A DNA stretch of 56,620 nt, taken from assembly GCA_003231975.1 (NCBI GenBank), contig QIKW01000079.1, forward strand, positions 1 to 56,620, written 5' to 3'. Made by a program: the position numbers and the translations under genes. The notes beneath the pieces are model-generated. The model searched no databases. It was given only the letters and a program-made list of their open reading frames with translations, and was not told the DNA's origin. Source of the stretch: Acidimicrobiia bacterium. Its GTDB lineage: Bacteria > Actinomycetota > Acidimicrobiia > Acidimicrobiales > SZUA-35. This document shows, piece by piece, positions 1 to 8,916 of this stretch (the stretch's first letter is position 1; each line of letters opens with the position of its first letter).

Positions 1-92
1 CCCAATGCAATCGTGCGTGGTCGCCGTCGGCGACCAGCGAGTATGAGGTGACCCGGATGGGGCGAAGCCCGGTCTGCGGTAGCAGGCCCAAT
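1..92 (+). repeat. Modular palindromic extragenic repeat (REP/BIME-like), locus 1; array probably continues upstream of the window
   Basis: GCGTGGTCGCCGTCGGCGACCAGCGAG is identical to 7739-7765. It is followed by GGATGGGGCGAAGCCCGGTCTGCGGTAGCAGGCCCAAT. CCCAAT occurs at 1-6 and 87-92 (86-nt period). Confidence 0.85.
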
Positions 93-109
93 GTGACAGT
101 ATCGGTGGC

Positions 110-814
110 GTGTTTCGTCGAGGTGCGGTTGTTCTGGTGATGGCTCTGGTGGCTGCGGCTTGTGGTAACTCTGGCGATTCGGAATCCTCGATTGATATTT
201 TTTGTGAGGAAGCCAGGGCCTTCCAGCAGTTTCAGCAGACCATCGAACTTGTTTTGTTCGACCCAGCAGAGACCCAGCAGTTCTTTGTCGGGTCAATGGA
301 GCGAATTAGTCGGCTGGCTGAGATTGCCCCACCAACCGTGCGAGGAGATGTTGAGACTGTCCGTCTAGGGTTCGAGGCCTTGGACAAGTCAATGGCAGAA
401 GCGGGCTACAACGTGTTGCTGGTGCCAGAGTCTGCGTTGGACAACAGCGGCACCGAGGCAGCTGCGGGCCGAATTGATGATTTCTTGGGTTCGGCCTGTA
501 GGGGCGATGGCGATCCGATAGCCGGGTTTGGCGACGATCCGTTTGCCCCGTCGGTGCTTAGTCTCGACGAGATCGAAGATCTTCAGTCTGCGGTTGACGA
601 AGATGGAGACGACCTGGAGCAGCTGGTGGCGGTTCAGTTGGAGGAAGAGTTCGGTCTGACTGGGAACGAGGCCAGCTGTATCGTGTCCGGCTTGGACATC
701 AGCCTGATCACCTCGCTGGCTGGGGGCGATCCCATAACGGCTGAGGCGACGGACCGGTTTGTAGCGGTGTTGGAAACGTGCGGAGTTGATATGAACCGGT
801 TGGGCGGCCGGTGA
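110..814 (+). CDS. Putative lipoprotein, Cys-paired helical family (paralogue of 12494 and 13424 genes)
   Basis: Signal peptide with lipobox-like VAAAC; acidic mature region; C-terminal L-T-x3-A-x-C...C motif shared with two other ORFs. Confidence 0.75.
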   Translation: MFRRGAVVLVMALVAAACGNSGDSESSIDIFCEEARAFQQFQQTIELVLFDPAETQQFFVGSMERISRLAEIAPPTVRGDVETVRLGFEALDKSMAEAGYNVLLVPESALDNSGTEAAAGRIDDFLGSACRGDGDPIAGFGDDPFAPSVLSLDEIEDLQSAVDEDGDDLEQLVAVQLEEEFGLTGNEASCIVSGLDISLITSLAGGDPITAEATDRFVAVLETCGVDMNRLGGR

Positions 815-850
815 CCTGATGTTGAACGAGGCAGCTAAAGGAGTGAGATC

Positions 851-1261
851 TTGAGAAACAGAGTTGTGATTTGGGGAGGGGCGCTTGGGCTTTGGACCCT
901 GTTGGTGTGGGTTGGGCGGATCCGAAATGTGGTTGGCGCCGACGACATTGGCGGTTTTGGAAAGTTGTGGAGGTTGGTTGTTGCTGTCGGTTTCGTGGTT
1001 GTAGGAGCAGCAGTGACCATTGGCGTGCTGTCCTCGGTCAAGAAGGCCACCAAGCCGGCTGCGGTTGGCAGCTTGGTTGTTGGGCTGGCCGTTGTTGGTT
1101 CTGGCTGGTGGCTGATCCGCGGAGGGCAGATTCTGATAGGAGATTGGGACACCAGTTTCAAGGTGGTTCACACCCTGCTGGCAACAGCAACATTTGGATT
1201 CAGCGCGATGGCCTGGCGGGCAGTGCGGTCACAGCAGCTAGCATCTGTCAGCCATGGGTGA
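851..1261 (+). CDS. Small hypothetical membrane protein (about 4 TM)
   Basis: Four hydrophobic segments; overlaps the next gene start. Confidence 0.65.
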   Translation: MRNRVVIWGGALGLWTLLVWVGRIRNVVGADDIGGFGKLWRLVVAVGFVVVGAAVTIGVLSSVKKATKPAAVGSLVVGLAVVGSGWWLIRGGQILIGDWDTSFKVVHTLLATATFGFSAMAWRAVRSQQLASVSHG

Positions 1262-1574
1262 ACCAGTCAGCGTTATCCAGAAGTCGTCAAGTAATCATGG
1301 GGTGATTCGGCTTGAGACGAATCGCACTTTCACAGGAATGGGCCATGAGCGCTACAAGGCATCAGATGTCATTGTCGGTGACCGCCCGCCGGATGTGGCG
1401 GCTCGTGCTTTGTTCGCAACCGGACAGGTAGACCAGGTTCACGTTTACGCCCAAACCATCACAGTCACCCTTGGCCAAGGTGCTGATTCGGATGGGTTGA
1501 AGGAGATTGTCGAGAATCTCTTCATCCATTATCTGCCAGGCGTAGAAGTCCCAGACGAATCATCTTTCGATTGA
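1254..1574 (+). CDS. Small protein resembling Nfu/NifU N-terminal scaffold domain
   Basis: 106 aa with pattern RLETNR...ARALF..GQV..VHV....ITVT, reminiscent of Nfu_N domains. Confidence 0.5.
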   Translation: MGEPVSVIQKSSSNHGVIRLETNRTFTGMGHERYKASDVIVGDRPPDVAARALFATGQVDQVHVYAQTITVTLGQGADSDGLKEIVENLFIHYLPGVEVPDESSFD

Positions 1575-1580
1575 CTCGAG

Positions 1581-1612
1581 TTGACCAGTATCGAACAAAT
1601 GTTCGATACTGG
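1581..1612 (+). promoter_or_regulatory. SOS promoter of imuA-imuB with LexA box
   Basis: TTGACC (1581-1586); TCGAAC-AAAT-GTTCGA (1591-1606) inside a perfect 12-bp-arm palindrome (1585-1612); GATACT -10-like (1605-1610); ATG at 1617. Confidence 0.9.
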
Positions 1613-1616
1613 CTGA

Positions 1617-2336
1617 ATGGCGGAGCTTGAAACCAAAAGACGGCCGGCACTGAGCGCCGACATCATCCAGCGAATAAAGCCGGTCACATTGGCGACCAGG
1701 CAAGTGATGGACGTCCCTGAGATGCTCAAGCCGCTCTTTCCATTGGGCGGAGTGCAGCGAGGCACCAGCCTTGCCTTTGCCGGCAACAGCGGCTGGGCAC
1801 TCGCCATGGCAATCATGGCTGAGGCATTGGGCACCGAAGGATGGCTGGGCTTGGTTGGGGCACCCGACTTTGGTCTGATGGCAGCAGCAGAGTACGGGGT
1901 TCGACTTGATCGGATCCTTGTGGTTGAGACGCCTTCGCTGAAGTTGTGGCCAACAGTGGTTGCATCACTTCTTGAGTCAGTTGATGTGGTTGCTGTTGCT
2001 CCAGTAGGGAAGGTTGGCTTAAGGGATGCCCGCCGTCTGACCGCCAGAGCCAGGGAACAGTCGTCGGTACTACTTCATCTGGACGGTGCTGCCACCTGGC
2101 CAACTGCGGTTGATGTGGTGCTTGCAGCAAGAGCGCGAGATTGGAGCGGCCTTGGTGATGGCCATGGGCATCTCGTTGCCCGACGGGTTGAGGTTGAATC
2201 AACCGGCCGTCGCTCTGCGGCGCGCCAAACAAAGGTTGAGGTTCTTCTGCCTGGCCCCGATGGGTGCATTGGTGAAGTTGTGCCGGAAGCAGCCGTTGCT
2301 GTCAGCCGTGGTGGGTCAGAACCGGCGCTGTTGTGA
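1617..2336 (+). CDS. imuA: ImuA/ImuA'-like RecA-family mutasome accessory protein
   Basis: Degenerate RecA fold (LFPLGGVQRGT; ARRLTARAREQSSVLL); LexA box upstream; GTGA overlap with imuB. Confidence 0.85.
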   Translation: MAELETKRRPALSADIIQRIKPVTLATRQVMDVPEMLKPLFPLGGVQRGTSLAFAGNSGWALAMAIMAEALGTEGWLGLVGAPDFGLMAAAEYGVRLDRILVVETPSLKLWPTVVASLLESVDVVAVAPVGKVGLRDARRLTARAREQSSVLLHLDGAATWPTAVDVVLAARARDWSGLGDGHGHLVARRVEVESTGRRSAARQTKVEVLLPGPDGCIGEVVPEAAVAVSRGGSEPALL

Positions 2337-3922
2337 CTGCTGTTCGAATGGCTGTGTTGTGGTGCCCAGACTGGCCAGTGGTTGCATGGGGGGTACCGCT
2401 TGACGAACCAGCAATTGTGGTTGTCGGCAACCGAGTGGTCGCTTCTTCGCCGGCCGCGAGAGAAGAAGGCGTGGCGCGTGGGCAGCGACGGCGTGACGCC
2501 CAGAGCCGTTGCCCGGATGTTGCGGTGCTGGAGCGAGACGTAGGCCGCGAAGTGAGATTGTTCGAGCCAGTTGTTGACGCCATTGTTGAGGTTACGCCAA
2601 GGGTTGAGGTGGCTGGGCCGGGCATTGCCGGATTCCCGACCAAAGGCCCGTCTCGATTCTTCGGTGGAGACAAAGCGCTGGCCAGCACCGTTTTGGACCG
2701 AATCGTCCCGGTGCTTGCCAAGAGAGGGGAGGGCCGGATTGCAATTGCCGACGGAATGTTCGCCGCCCGCTTAGCTGCTCGCTCGGCCAACTTAAAGAAC
2801 GGACCCGTGATAGTGCCGGTGGGGGAGAGCCCGGCCTTTCTTGGTGGCTTTCCCATTGCTGCACTGGAACAGCCAGACCTCACCGATGTGCTTGGGAGGC
2901 TTGGGTTGAGCACCTTGGGTGCGTTCGCGAAGTTGGCCTCGGCAGACGTTGTTGGCCGTTTCGGCAAAGTCGGGCAGTTGGCCCATCGATTGGCAAGAGG
3001 GGAAGACGATCATCCGCCAGACCTCAGAAGGCCTGCCCCAAACCTTGCTGTTACCTGGGTGTTCGAGCCGGTAGCGAACCGTATCGACCAGTGTGCCTAT
3101 GCGGCAAAAGCTTTGGCCGATGAACTCAACGCGTCACTTGTGGCCGACGGTTTGGCTTGCATCAGGGTTGCGATCGAGGCCGAGACGCACAGTGGAGAAG
3201 AGCATGTTCGTTTGTGGAGACACGACGGAGCCTTGTCTTCTGCTGCCATAGCAGAACGGGCCCGCTGGCAATTGGAGGGATGGCTTGGGATGGCTGTTCG
3301 CACTTCCGGAAAGACGGGAGACCAGGCAGACGACGACCGTGGAATTCGACGCCTGACGCTTGTTCCTGATGAAGTGGTTCCAGCCGACGGTCGCCAACTT
3401 GGATTGTGGGGTGGAAGAGCCGAACGGGCAGATGACGTAACCCGGGTTGTTGCCAGAATCCAGGCCTTGATGGGAGCCGAGGCGGTGCTTGTTCCAGAGT
3501 GGCGGGGCGGTCGCGGGCCAGCGGATCAGATCACACTGATCCCAGCCGCCGCAGTTGATCTTGGTGAAGAACGAGTTGCCACAGGCATTGGTTGGGTTGA
3601 TGAGCCGTGGCCGGGGAAGGTGCCTGCACCCGCTCCATCAAAAGTGCTTCTCGATCAGCCAGAGATTGAAGTTGTTGACACAGCAGGTAAATCAGTGGTG
3701 GTAGGTGGGCGGGGCGAGCTGTCTTCGCCACCGGCAATAGTGATCATGGCAAAGAAGCAATGGGCGGTTTCGGCCTGGGCTGGCCCATGGCCTGCAGACG
3801 AACGGTGGTGGGATCCCCTGACACAACGCCGCAGGGCCCGCCTTCAGGTGAAGCTTGAAGACCAGTCGGCCCATCTTCTGATCGTTGAACGCCAGGCTTG
3901 GTATTTGGAAGCAACCTACTAA
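2333..3922 (+). CDS. imuB: ImuB, Y-family polymerase-like mutasome subunit
   Basis: WCPDWPVVA start; GV.RG.RRRDAQ.RCP; clamp-binding-like QLGLW; C-terminal WAGPWP.DERWWD. Confidence 0.9.
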   Translation: MTAVRMAVLWCPDWPVVAWGVPLDEPAIVVVGNRVVASSPAAREEGVARGQRRRDAQSRCPDVAVLERDVGREVRLFEPVVDAIVEVTPRVEVAGPGIAGFPTKGPSRFFGGDKALASTVLDRIVPVLAKRGEGRIAIADGMFAARLAARSANLKNGPVIVPVGESPAFLGGFPIAALEQPDLTDVLGRLGLSTLGAFAKLASADVVGRFGKVGQLAHRLARGEDDHPPDLRRPAPNLAVTWVFEPVANRIDQCAYAAKALADELNASLVADGLACIRVAIEAETHSGEEHVRLWRHDGALSSAAIAERARWQLEGWLGMAVRTSGKTGDQADDDRGIRRLTLVPDEVVPADGRQLGLWGGRAERADDVTRVVARIQALMGAEAVLVPEWRGGRGPADQITLIPAAAVDLGEERVATGIGWVDEPWPGKVPAPAPSKVLLDQPEIEVVDTAGKSVVVGGRGELSSPPAIVIMAKKQWAVSAWAGPWPADERWWDPLTQRRRARLQVKLEDQSAHLLIVERQAWYLEATY

Positions 3923-4036
3923 CCAGAAAAAACCAAGTGACAACAGACCACAGTTCTCAGTTCGAGCGGAAAAGCTCAGCGGGATATGCTTTGAGTTTCT
4001 AACTATGACACGCCAAGATGAACACTCACCGATGAA

Positions 4037-5311
4037 ATGAACACCCCACGCGAAGAATTCTCAGCAGCCTTCAAATCCTTGCAGATCCCGAACTACCGGA
4101 TCCTCTGGTGGGCCGGGGTCTTCTCGTTCATGTCTGTTCAAGGCCAGTTTGTGTTGCGTGGCATCCTTGCGTGGGACCTGACCGGCCGAGAAGGGGCGCT
4201 TGGGCTTGTGTACCTGGCCTTCGGCCTTGCTCTGTTGGTCTCAACCCCACTTGGAGGGGTGGCCGCAGACCGCTTTCCTCGTCGAACGGTGCTGGCCGCA
4301 AGTCAGGCAATGATCTTCTGTAGCGCGGCCGTGATGGGGGTGGTGGTACTCGCAGGCCTAGTTGAGTTCTGGATGGTGCTGGTTGCCGGAACGGTCCAGG
4401 GAGTTTCGTTTGGTTTCTACGGGCCAGCCAGGGTTGCTTTTTCGGCCGATCTGGTTGGGCGAAAGCAACTGGGTAACGCAATCACGCTCTCCCTCCTCAG
4501 CATGAACGCAACCAGGATTTTCGCTCCGGCGCTGGCCGGTGTTCTTGCAGGCGTATGGTTCGTCGGGATCGGTGGTGCCTACCTGATCTCCGCTTTTTTT
4601 TCGTTCTTCAGCTTGGTGGGAGTGCTGAGGCTCCCCAAGATTCAGATCGAAAATCCAAGCAGCCGCAACCCGTTTGCCGACATCGCCGACGGTGTCAGGT
4701 ACGTGGCAGGCAAACCAAAACTACGTCGGCTGGTGCTCGCTTCCTTTTTCATCATCATGTTCGGATTCAACTACGTTGCGTTTCTCCCAGCCCTTGTGAA
4801 GGACGTGTTCAACCGTGGTGATGGAGCACTTGGGGTTTTGAGTTCTGCCAGTGCCATCGGCGCGTTGGTCATCTCGATTCCGCTAGCCAGCCGAGCCGAC
4901 TCTGCAAAGGCCAAACCGGTGATGGCCGTGTCGGGTGCAGCATTTGGAGCTCTTGTGATGCTGCTGGGAGCCGCCCCAACATTCTGGACGGCGTTCGCGG
5001 TGTTGATTGTGGTTGGAGCATCAACTGCGACATACATGTCGTTGTCGAACACAATTGCACTGCAGATGGCAAGCGATGCCCAACGTGGTCGCGTGCAGTC
5101 GCTAATGCAGCTGTCGTTTGCTGGTTTCGGAATAGCCGCTGCGCCCCTTGGCCTGTTGGCCGAGGCGGTTGGCCTTCGCCTCGCGATAGGAGTTATGGGC
5201 GGCGTGGCGCTGGTGGTCTCAGCGCTCTATTTTGCCTTCGAGGTTGCAGGCAGCAACGAAGCGGCGCCGGGCCTGGTCGGCCAGGAACGAGCCAATGTCA
5301 GAAGAGGATGA
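4037..5311 (+). CDS. MFS transporter (transmembrane secretion effector/DHA3-like)
   Basis: About 12 TM; GGVAADRFPRR motif A; NYRILW N-terminus; RGRV near C-terminus. Confidence 0.85.
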   Translation: MNTPREEFSAAFKSLQIPNYRILWWAGVFSFMSVQGQFVLRGILAWDLTGREGALGLVYLAFGLALLVSTPLGGVAADRFPRRTVLAASQAMIFCSAAVMGVVVLAGLVEFWMVLVAGTVQGVSFGFYGPARVAFSADLVGRKQLGNAITLSLLSMNATRIFAPALAGVLAGVWFVGIGGAYLISAFFSFFSLVGVLRLPKIQIENPSSRNPFADIADGVRYVAGKPKLRRLVLASFFIIMFGFNYVAFLPALVKDVFNRGDGALGVLSSASAIGALVISIPLASRADSAKAKPVMAVSGAAFGALVMLLGAAPTFWTAFAVLIVVGASTATYMSLSNTIALQMASDAQRGRVQSLMQLSFAGFGIAAAPLGLLAEAVGLRLAIGVMGGVALVVSALYFAFEVAGSNEAAPGLVGQERANVRRG

Positions 5312-6383
5312 CCGAGCGGGCAACGTTGCCGGCCTTCATGTCGGCGAAGCCCTCGTTTACCTCTTCAAGCGTGATGGTCTTTGACACCATCTCATCAAGC
5401 TTGAGCCTGCCGTCGAGGTACATCTCGACGTAGCGGGGCATGTCTGTCCGAAACTGGTTGGAACCCATGTTTGACCCGGTCAGCATCTTTTCGTCAAGCA
5501 GGTCTGCGCCGTGAACCTCAATCATCGTGCCGACGGGGATCAGGCCGATCACGGTTGCTTGGCCGCGCCGCCTCAGCATCTTGAACGCCTGCTCGGCGGT
5601 TGACTTCAGACCGACGGCTTCGAAGCTGTAGTGCACGCCTCCGTTGGTGATGTCCTTCACCGCCGCAACCGGGTCGTCATCTGCACCGTTTACCACGTGG
5701 GTGGCACCGAGCGATTGTGCCAACTCCAGCTTTGAGCCGACGGTGTCTACCGCAATGATCTTGTTGGCGCCGGCAATTCGAGCCCCCTGCACGGCAGCCA
5801 GGCCAATTCCGCCACAGCCAATTACAACAACGGTGGTGCCTGCCTGCACCTTTGCGGTTCGAAATACTGCTCCTAGGCCCGTGGTGACGCCGCAACCAAT
5901 TAGCGAGGCCTTGTCAAGCGGCATGGCCTCGTCGATCTTCACCAAGGCGTGCTCATGAATCAGCATCTTCTCGGCGAAGGACGATAGATGCATGAACTGT
6001 TCAACCGGCTCGCCGTTTCTGGTGATCCGGGGCGGCTCGCCAGGCTGGCGGACCAGCTCTTCATTCTTCAGTTCGCAAGTGCTCATGTGGCCGCTGAGGC
6101 ATTGCTCGCAATGGCCGCAAAAGGCGCTGAGGCAGGTGATCACGTGATCACCCGGCTTGACATGGTGAACCGCAGAGCCAACCTCTTCCACCACACCCGC
6201 TGACTCATGACCGAGAACGGCCGGGCACTCCTGCGGATAGAGACCTTCCATGAAATGCAGGTCGCTGTGACAGACACCGGCGGCAACGACGCGTACCAGC
6301 ACCTCGCGAGGGCCGGGCGAATCCAGCTCGATGTCTTCGATTTCCAATTGGCCGGGGACAGAGTTGAGGATGGCTGCTTTCAT
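5298..6383 (-). CDS. Zn-dependent alcohol dehydrogenase (class III-like MDR)
   Basis: GVCHSD, GHESAG, structural Zn C-x2-C-x2-C-x7-C, GCGGIG. Confidence 0.92.
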   Translation of the reverse strand: MKAAILNSVPGQLEIEDIELDSPGPREVLVRVVAAGVCHSDLHFMEGLYPQECPAVLGHESAGVVEEVGSAVHHVKPGDHVITCLSAFCGHCEQCLSGHMSTCELKNEELVRQPGEPPRITRNGEPVEQFMHLSSFAEKMLIHEHALVKIDEAMPLDKASLIGCGVTTGLGAVFRTAKVQAGTTVVVIGCGGIGLAAVQGARIAGANKIIAVDTVGSKLELAQSLGATHVVNGADDDPVAAVKDITNGGVHYSFEAVGLKSTAEQAFKMLRRRGQATVIGLIPVGTMIEVHGADLLDEKMLTGSNMGSNQFRTDMPRYVEMYLDGRLKLDEMVSKTITLEEVNEGFADMKAGNVARSVILF

Positions 6384-6395
6384 AGGCAGCGAACC

Positions 6396-6893
6396 CTACT
6401 TCTCGTCTGACCTGATTTCCTGACTGTCGACGTAGTCATCTATTGACCGGGCGAAGCGCTCGAGAAAGTCTGCAAGCACGATCTGGTCGTCGTTGCTGAA
6501 CTCGCTGAGAATCTGAGTGAGACCAAACTGCACCCGTTCAGCGATTATGTCGTTCCGCTCGCGACCCATTCGCGTAACCGACACCAGAACCGAGCGTTGA
6601 TCGTCTTCAGCTTTGACCCGTTCGGCGTAGCCCTTCACCACCAAGCAGCTGACCGCTCTGGTTGTTGACGCAGGCGTGATGCGAAGCGCTTCTGCCAATT
6701 CGCCCATTCGAAGCGGGCCCTGTTGGGCCAGCACGCTGAGGGCGTCGGCCAGCGCCATGTCGAGCCCCTCGTCGCCCATTCCGTAGAACAGGTCTTTGAT
6801 GCGGCCTGCCGATGCCCCTCGTCGGATTTCGCGCCATGCTCTGCCGACCCTGCGGCGCACGTCGGTGGGTATCACGATGCCGGTCATCGGCAA
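6396..6893 (-). CDS. MarR-family transcriptional regulator
   Basis: wHTH GPLRMGELAEALRITPASTTRAV; DQRSVLV.VT..G motif. Start may be the ATG at 6887. Confidence 0.88.
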   Translation of the reverse strand: MPMTGIVIPTDVRRRVGRAWREIRRGASAGRIKDLFYGMGDEGLDMALADALSVLAQQGPLRMGELAEALRITPASTTRAVSCLVVKGYAERVKAEDDQRSVLVSVTRMGRERNDIIAERVQFGLTQILSEFSNDDQIVLADFLERFARSIDDYVDSQEIRSDEK

Positions 6894-7048
6894 CGAGTCT
6901 GGCCGCTGGTCGAGGGCAATGTCATATTCGAGTGTGAATTACCTAGAGCGCACTGGTCAATCTGAACCCCGCAACAATGGATCTGTTCGTCCGATAGGAC
7001 TTGTGGGTTGGAGCTTCTTCCATTCCTGACCGCCCAAAGGGAGATGGC

Positions 7049-7546
7049 ATGAGTCCTAGAAACGTGGTCGGAATCCTGGTTGGGTTTGCCCTCTTTGCCA
7101 GCGCCTGCACTGCAACATCTGAAGTTGACGAAACAGTACGTGACGACAGGGGAGCGGTTGTCGAGGGAGGCGAAGTTGGTGTGTTTGCGCTGAACGTCGG
7201 AGACTGCTTTACCGATGTGCCGACGGGCACCGTTGAGTCAATCGAGGCCGTCCCGTGCGCCGGGGAACACGGTGTTGAGATCTACCACCTCTTCGATGTG
7301 AGCCTGGACTCCTTCGATGAAGAAGAGGTCTCAACCTCGGCGGGAGACGGTTGTCTTGCCGCCTTCGAAGGCTACGTGGGGACCAGTTATGCCAATTCGA
7401 TCTACTACTCCAGCAGCCTGAACCCGTCGGACCAGTCGTGGAAGCAGGGTGACCGAGAGGTTGTTTGCATGCTGTTCCCCGTAGCGGCCGAGGGCGAGCC
7501 CGAACCTGCCACTACGAGTGGCACCGCAAGGGGATCCAAGCTCTAG
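7049..7546 (+). CDS. Septum-formation-family lipoprotein
   Basis: Lipobox FASAC; L.VGDCF...C...H..E...C...FE.YVG...P...SW..GDREVVC; ATG at 7049 after GGGAG. Confidence 0.8.
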   Translation: MSPRNVVGILVGFALFASACTATSEVDETVRDDRGAVVEGGEVGVFALNVGDCFTDVPTGTVESIEAVPCAGEHGVEIYHLFDVSLDSFDEEEVSTSAGDGCLAAFEGYVGTSYANSIYYSSSLNPSDQSWKQGDREVVCMLFPVAAEGEPEPATTSGTARGSKL

Positions 7547-7596
7547 CGCGATCGTTCGAAAGGGGACCCTTTCGACCGAGACTTATTCGTGCGCGT

Positions 7597-7998
7597 CGTT
7601 CCTCGGCCTTGCGGCCTCGTCTCTTCCCGAGTGTTTGTCGCTTCGCGCCAAAACTCGCCGGCGCCTGTTTGTTTCATTCAGGACCAGCAAAGCCGGACCC
7701 TGCTTGGCCCAGGGGCTCTGCCCCTGGAACCCCGTCTTGCGTGGTCGCCGTCGGCGACCAGCGAGAATCGCGTGACCAGGATGGGCGGAGCCCGGGAGGC
7801 GGTAGCCGACCCAATATGATCGCCCGGGAGGCGGTAGGCCACCGCCGTTCCTCGGCCTTTGGGGCCTCGTCTCTTCGCAACTTTTTCGCTTCGCTCAAAA
7901 CTCGCCCTTGGCTTGTGACGCGTTGCCGACGGCGTCGGCACGCTGCGAGCGGGTGAGTTGGATGGGCGGAGCCCGGGAGGCGGTAGCCGACCCAATAT
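7597..7998 (+). repeat. Modular palindromic extragenic repeat mosaic, locus 2
   Basis: Identical 39-nt module at 7779-7817 and 7960-7998; near-identical module starting at 7597 and 7846; hairpins at 7709-7727, 7742-7760 and 7924-7940; lies between convergent genes. Confidence 0.9.
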
Positions 7999-8831
7999 CA
8001 GAGCCCGGAGTCTCTGACCGAACCTCGCGTGGTTACTGCTTCTTGACCAATTAGGCACATGAAGGCTCGATCGCCTGCTTCCCATGAGGCCTCGATCGGG
8101 ATCAAGAAATCATAGATCAGCACAGATTCCTGATAGCTCAAGCCGACGAAGGGCTCGAATTCGGCAAAGCAGATCTTGTCCACGGCCAAGACAAGATCCG
8201 TTTCGGCCGGGTACGAGGCGCCGAATTCGGTGATCTCGCCCGTCTGGAATACCTCCCACTGATGGGTTTCGGCACAGTCCAGAATGTCGATCTCAAAGAT
8301 GTCCTCGACCCCAGGGTCATTCAAGCAGTCTCCAACAACCAAGTCGTCCACTGGCGTGGCTCCTGTTACTGAACGAACAATTGCGACAAGGATCACCACT
8401 GCCACAACAGACCCACGGACTGCGCGGCGTGACAAAGAGAATGACTTCTTTGCGGGTTGTCCCGAGCCGCTGTGCGGCGGTAGGGCTTGCTCTGGATGGG
8501 GGGCGAGGGGCGATCCTATTAGAGCGTGGTCGCTAGGGGCCAGTTGACCAACTGGAGCCGACATGTCGAACGTAGGGGGAACGGTGGGATTCGGAGGTGC
8601 GCCAATCGGAATCTGAGGGTCGGAGTTGGTTTCTGCCCCTTGGGCCCACGCGGGTGTGGTTGACGGTGTTTCGCCAATCCCGGGTTGGGCCGCCGGTTTT
8701 GGCCTCGGCTTCGGTTGTTGGGGCGGCGCCGGAAAGCCGGCCGGAGCGGGAGGGGCTGAAGATGCGGGAGGGGTCTGGGTGTTTGGAAGTTGCCCAAAGG
8801 CAGAATCGTGACCGGATTGCTGGTTGCTCAT
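7998..8831 (-). CDS. Septum-formation-family membrane protein with Pro-rich N-terminus
   Basis: Pro-rich disordered N-terminus, one TM, then LVVGDCL...C...H.WE...C...FE.FVG.SY...P...SW..GDR...C. Confidence 0.8.
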   Translation of the reverse strand: MSNQQSGHDSAFGQLPNTQTPPASSAPPAPAGFPAPPQQPKPRPKPAAQPGIGETPSTTPAWAQGAETNSDPQIPIGAPPNPTVPPTFDMSAPVGQLAPSDHALIGSPLAPHPEQALPPHSGSGQPAKKSFSLSRRAVRGSVVAVVILVAIVRSVTGATPVDDLVVGDCLNDPGVEDIFEIDILDCAETHQWEVFQTGEITEFGASYPAETDLVLAVDKICFAEFEPFVGLSYQESVLIYDFLIPIEASWEAGDRAFMCLIGQEAVTTRGSVRDSGL

Positions 8832-8880
8832 CCTGGTTCGTACGGTGCAAACCTGTTGTCGGTTGAGTTATCAAGGCCGT

Positions 8881-8910
8881 TTGACCCAACGAACAAACGT
8901 TCGATATATT
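8881..8910 (+). promoter_or_regulatory. SOS promoter of dnaE2 with LexA box
   Basis: TTGACC (8881-8886); CGAAC-AAAC-GTTCG (8890-8903); TATATT (8905-8910); ATG at 8917. Confidence 0.9.
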
Positions 8911-8916
8911 TAGAGG

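Noticed and set aside
7465-8085. Several ORFs (7465-7956, 7518-7775, 7678-8085 and others) over the repeat mosaic
   Set aside because: They give low-complexity Arg/Pro/Ser translations of palindromic DNA with no recognisable motifs.
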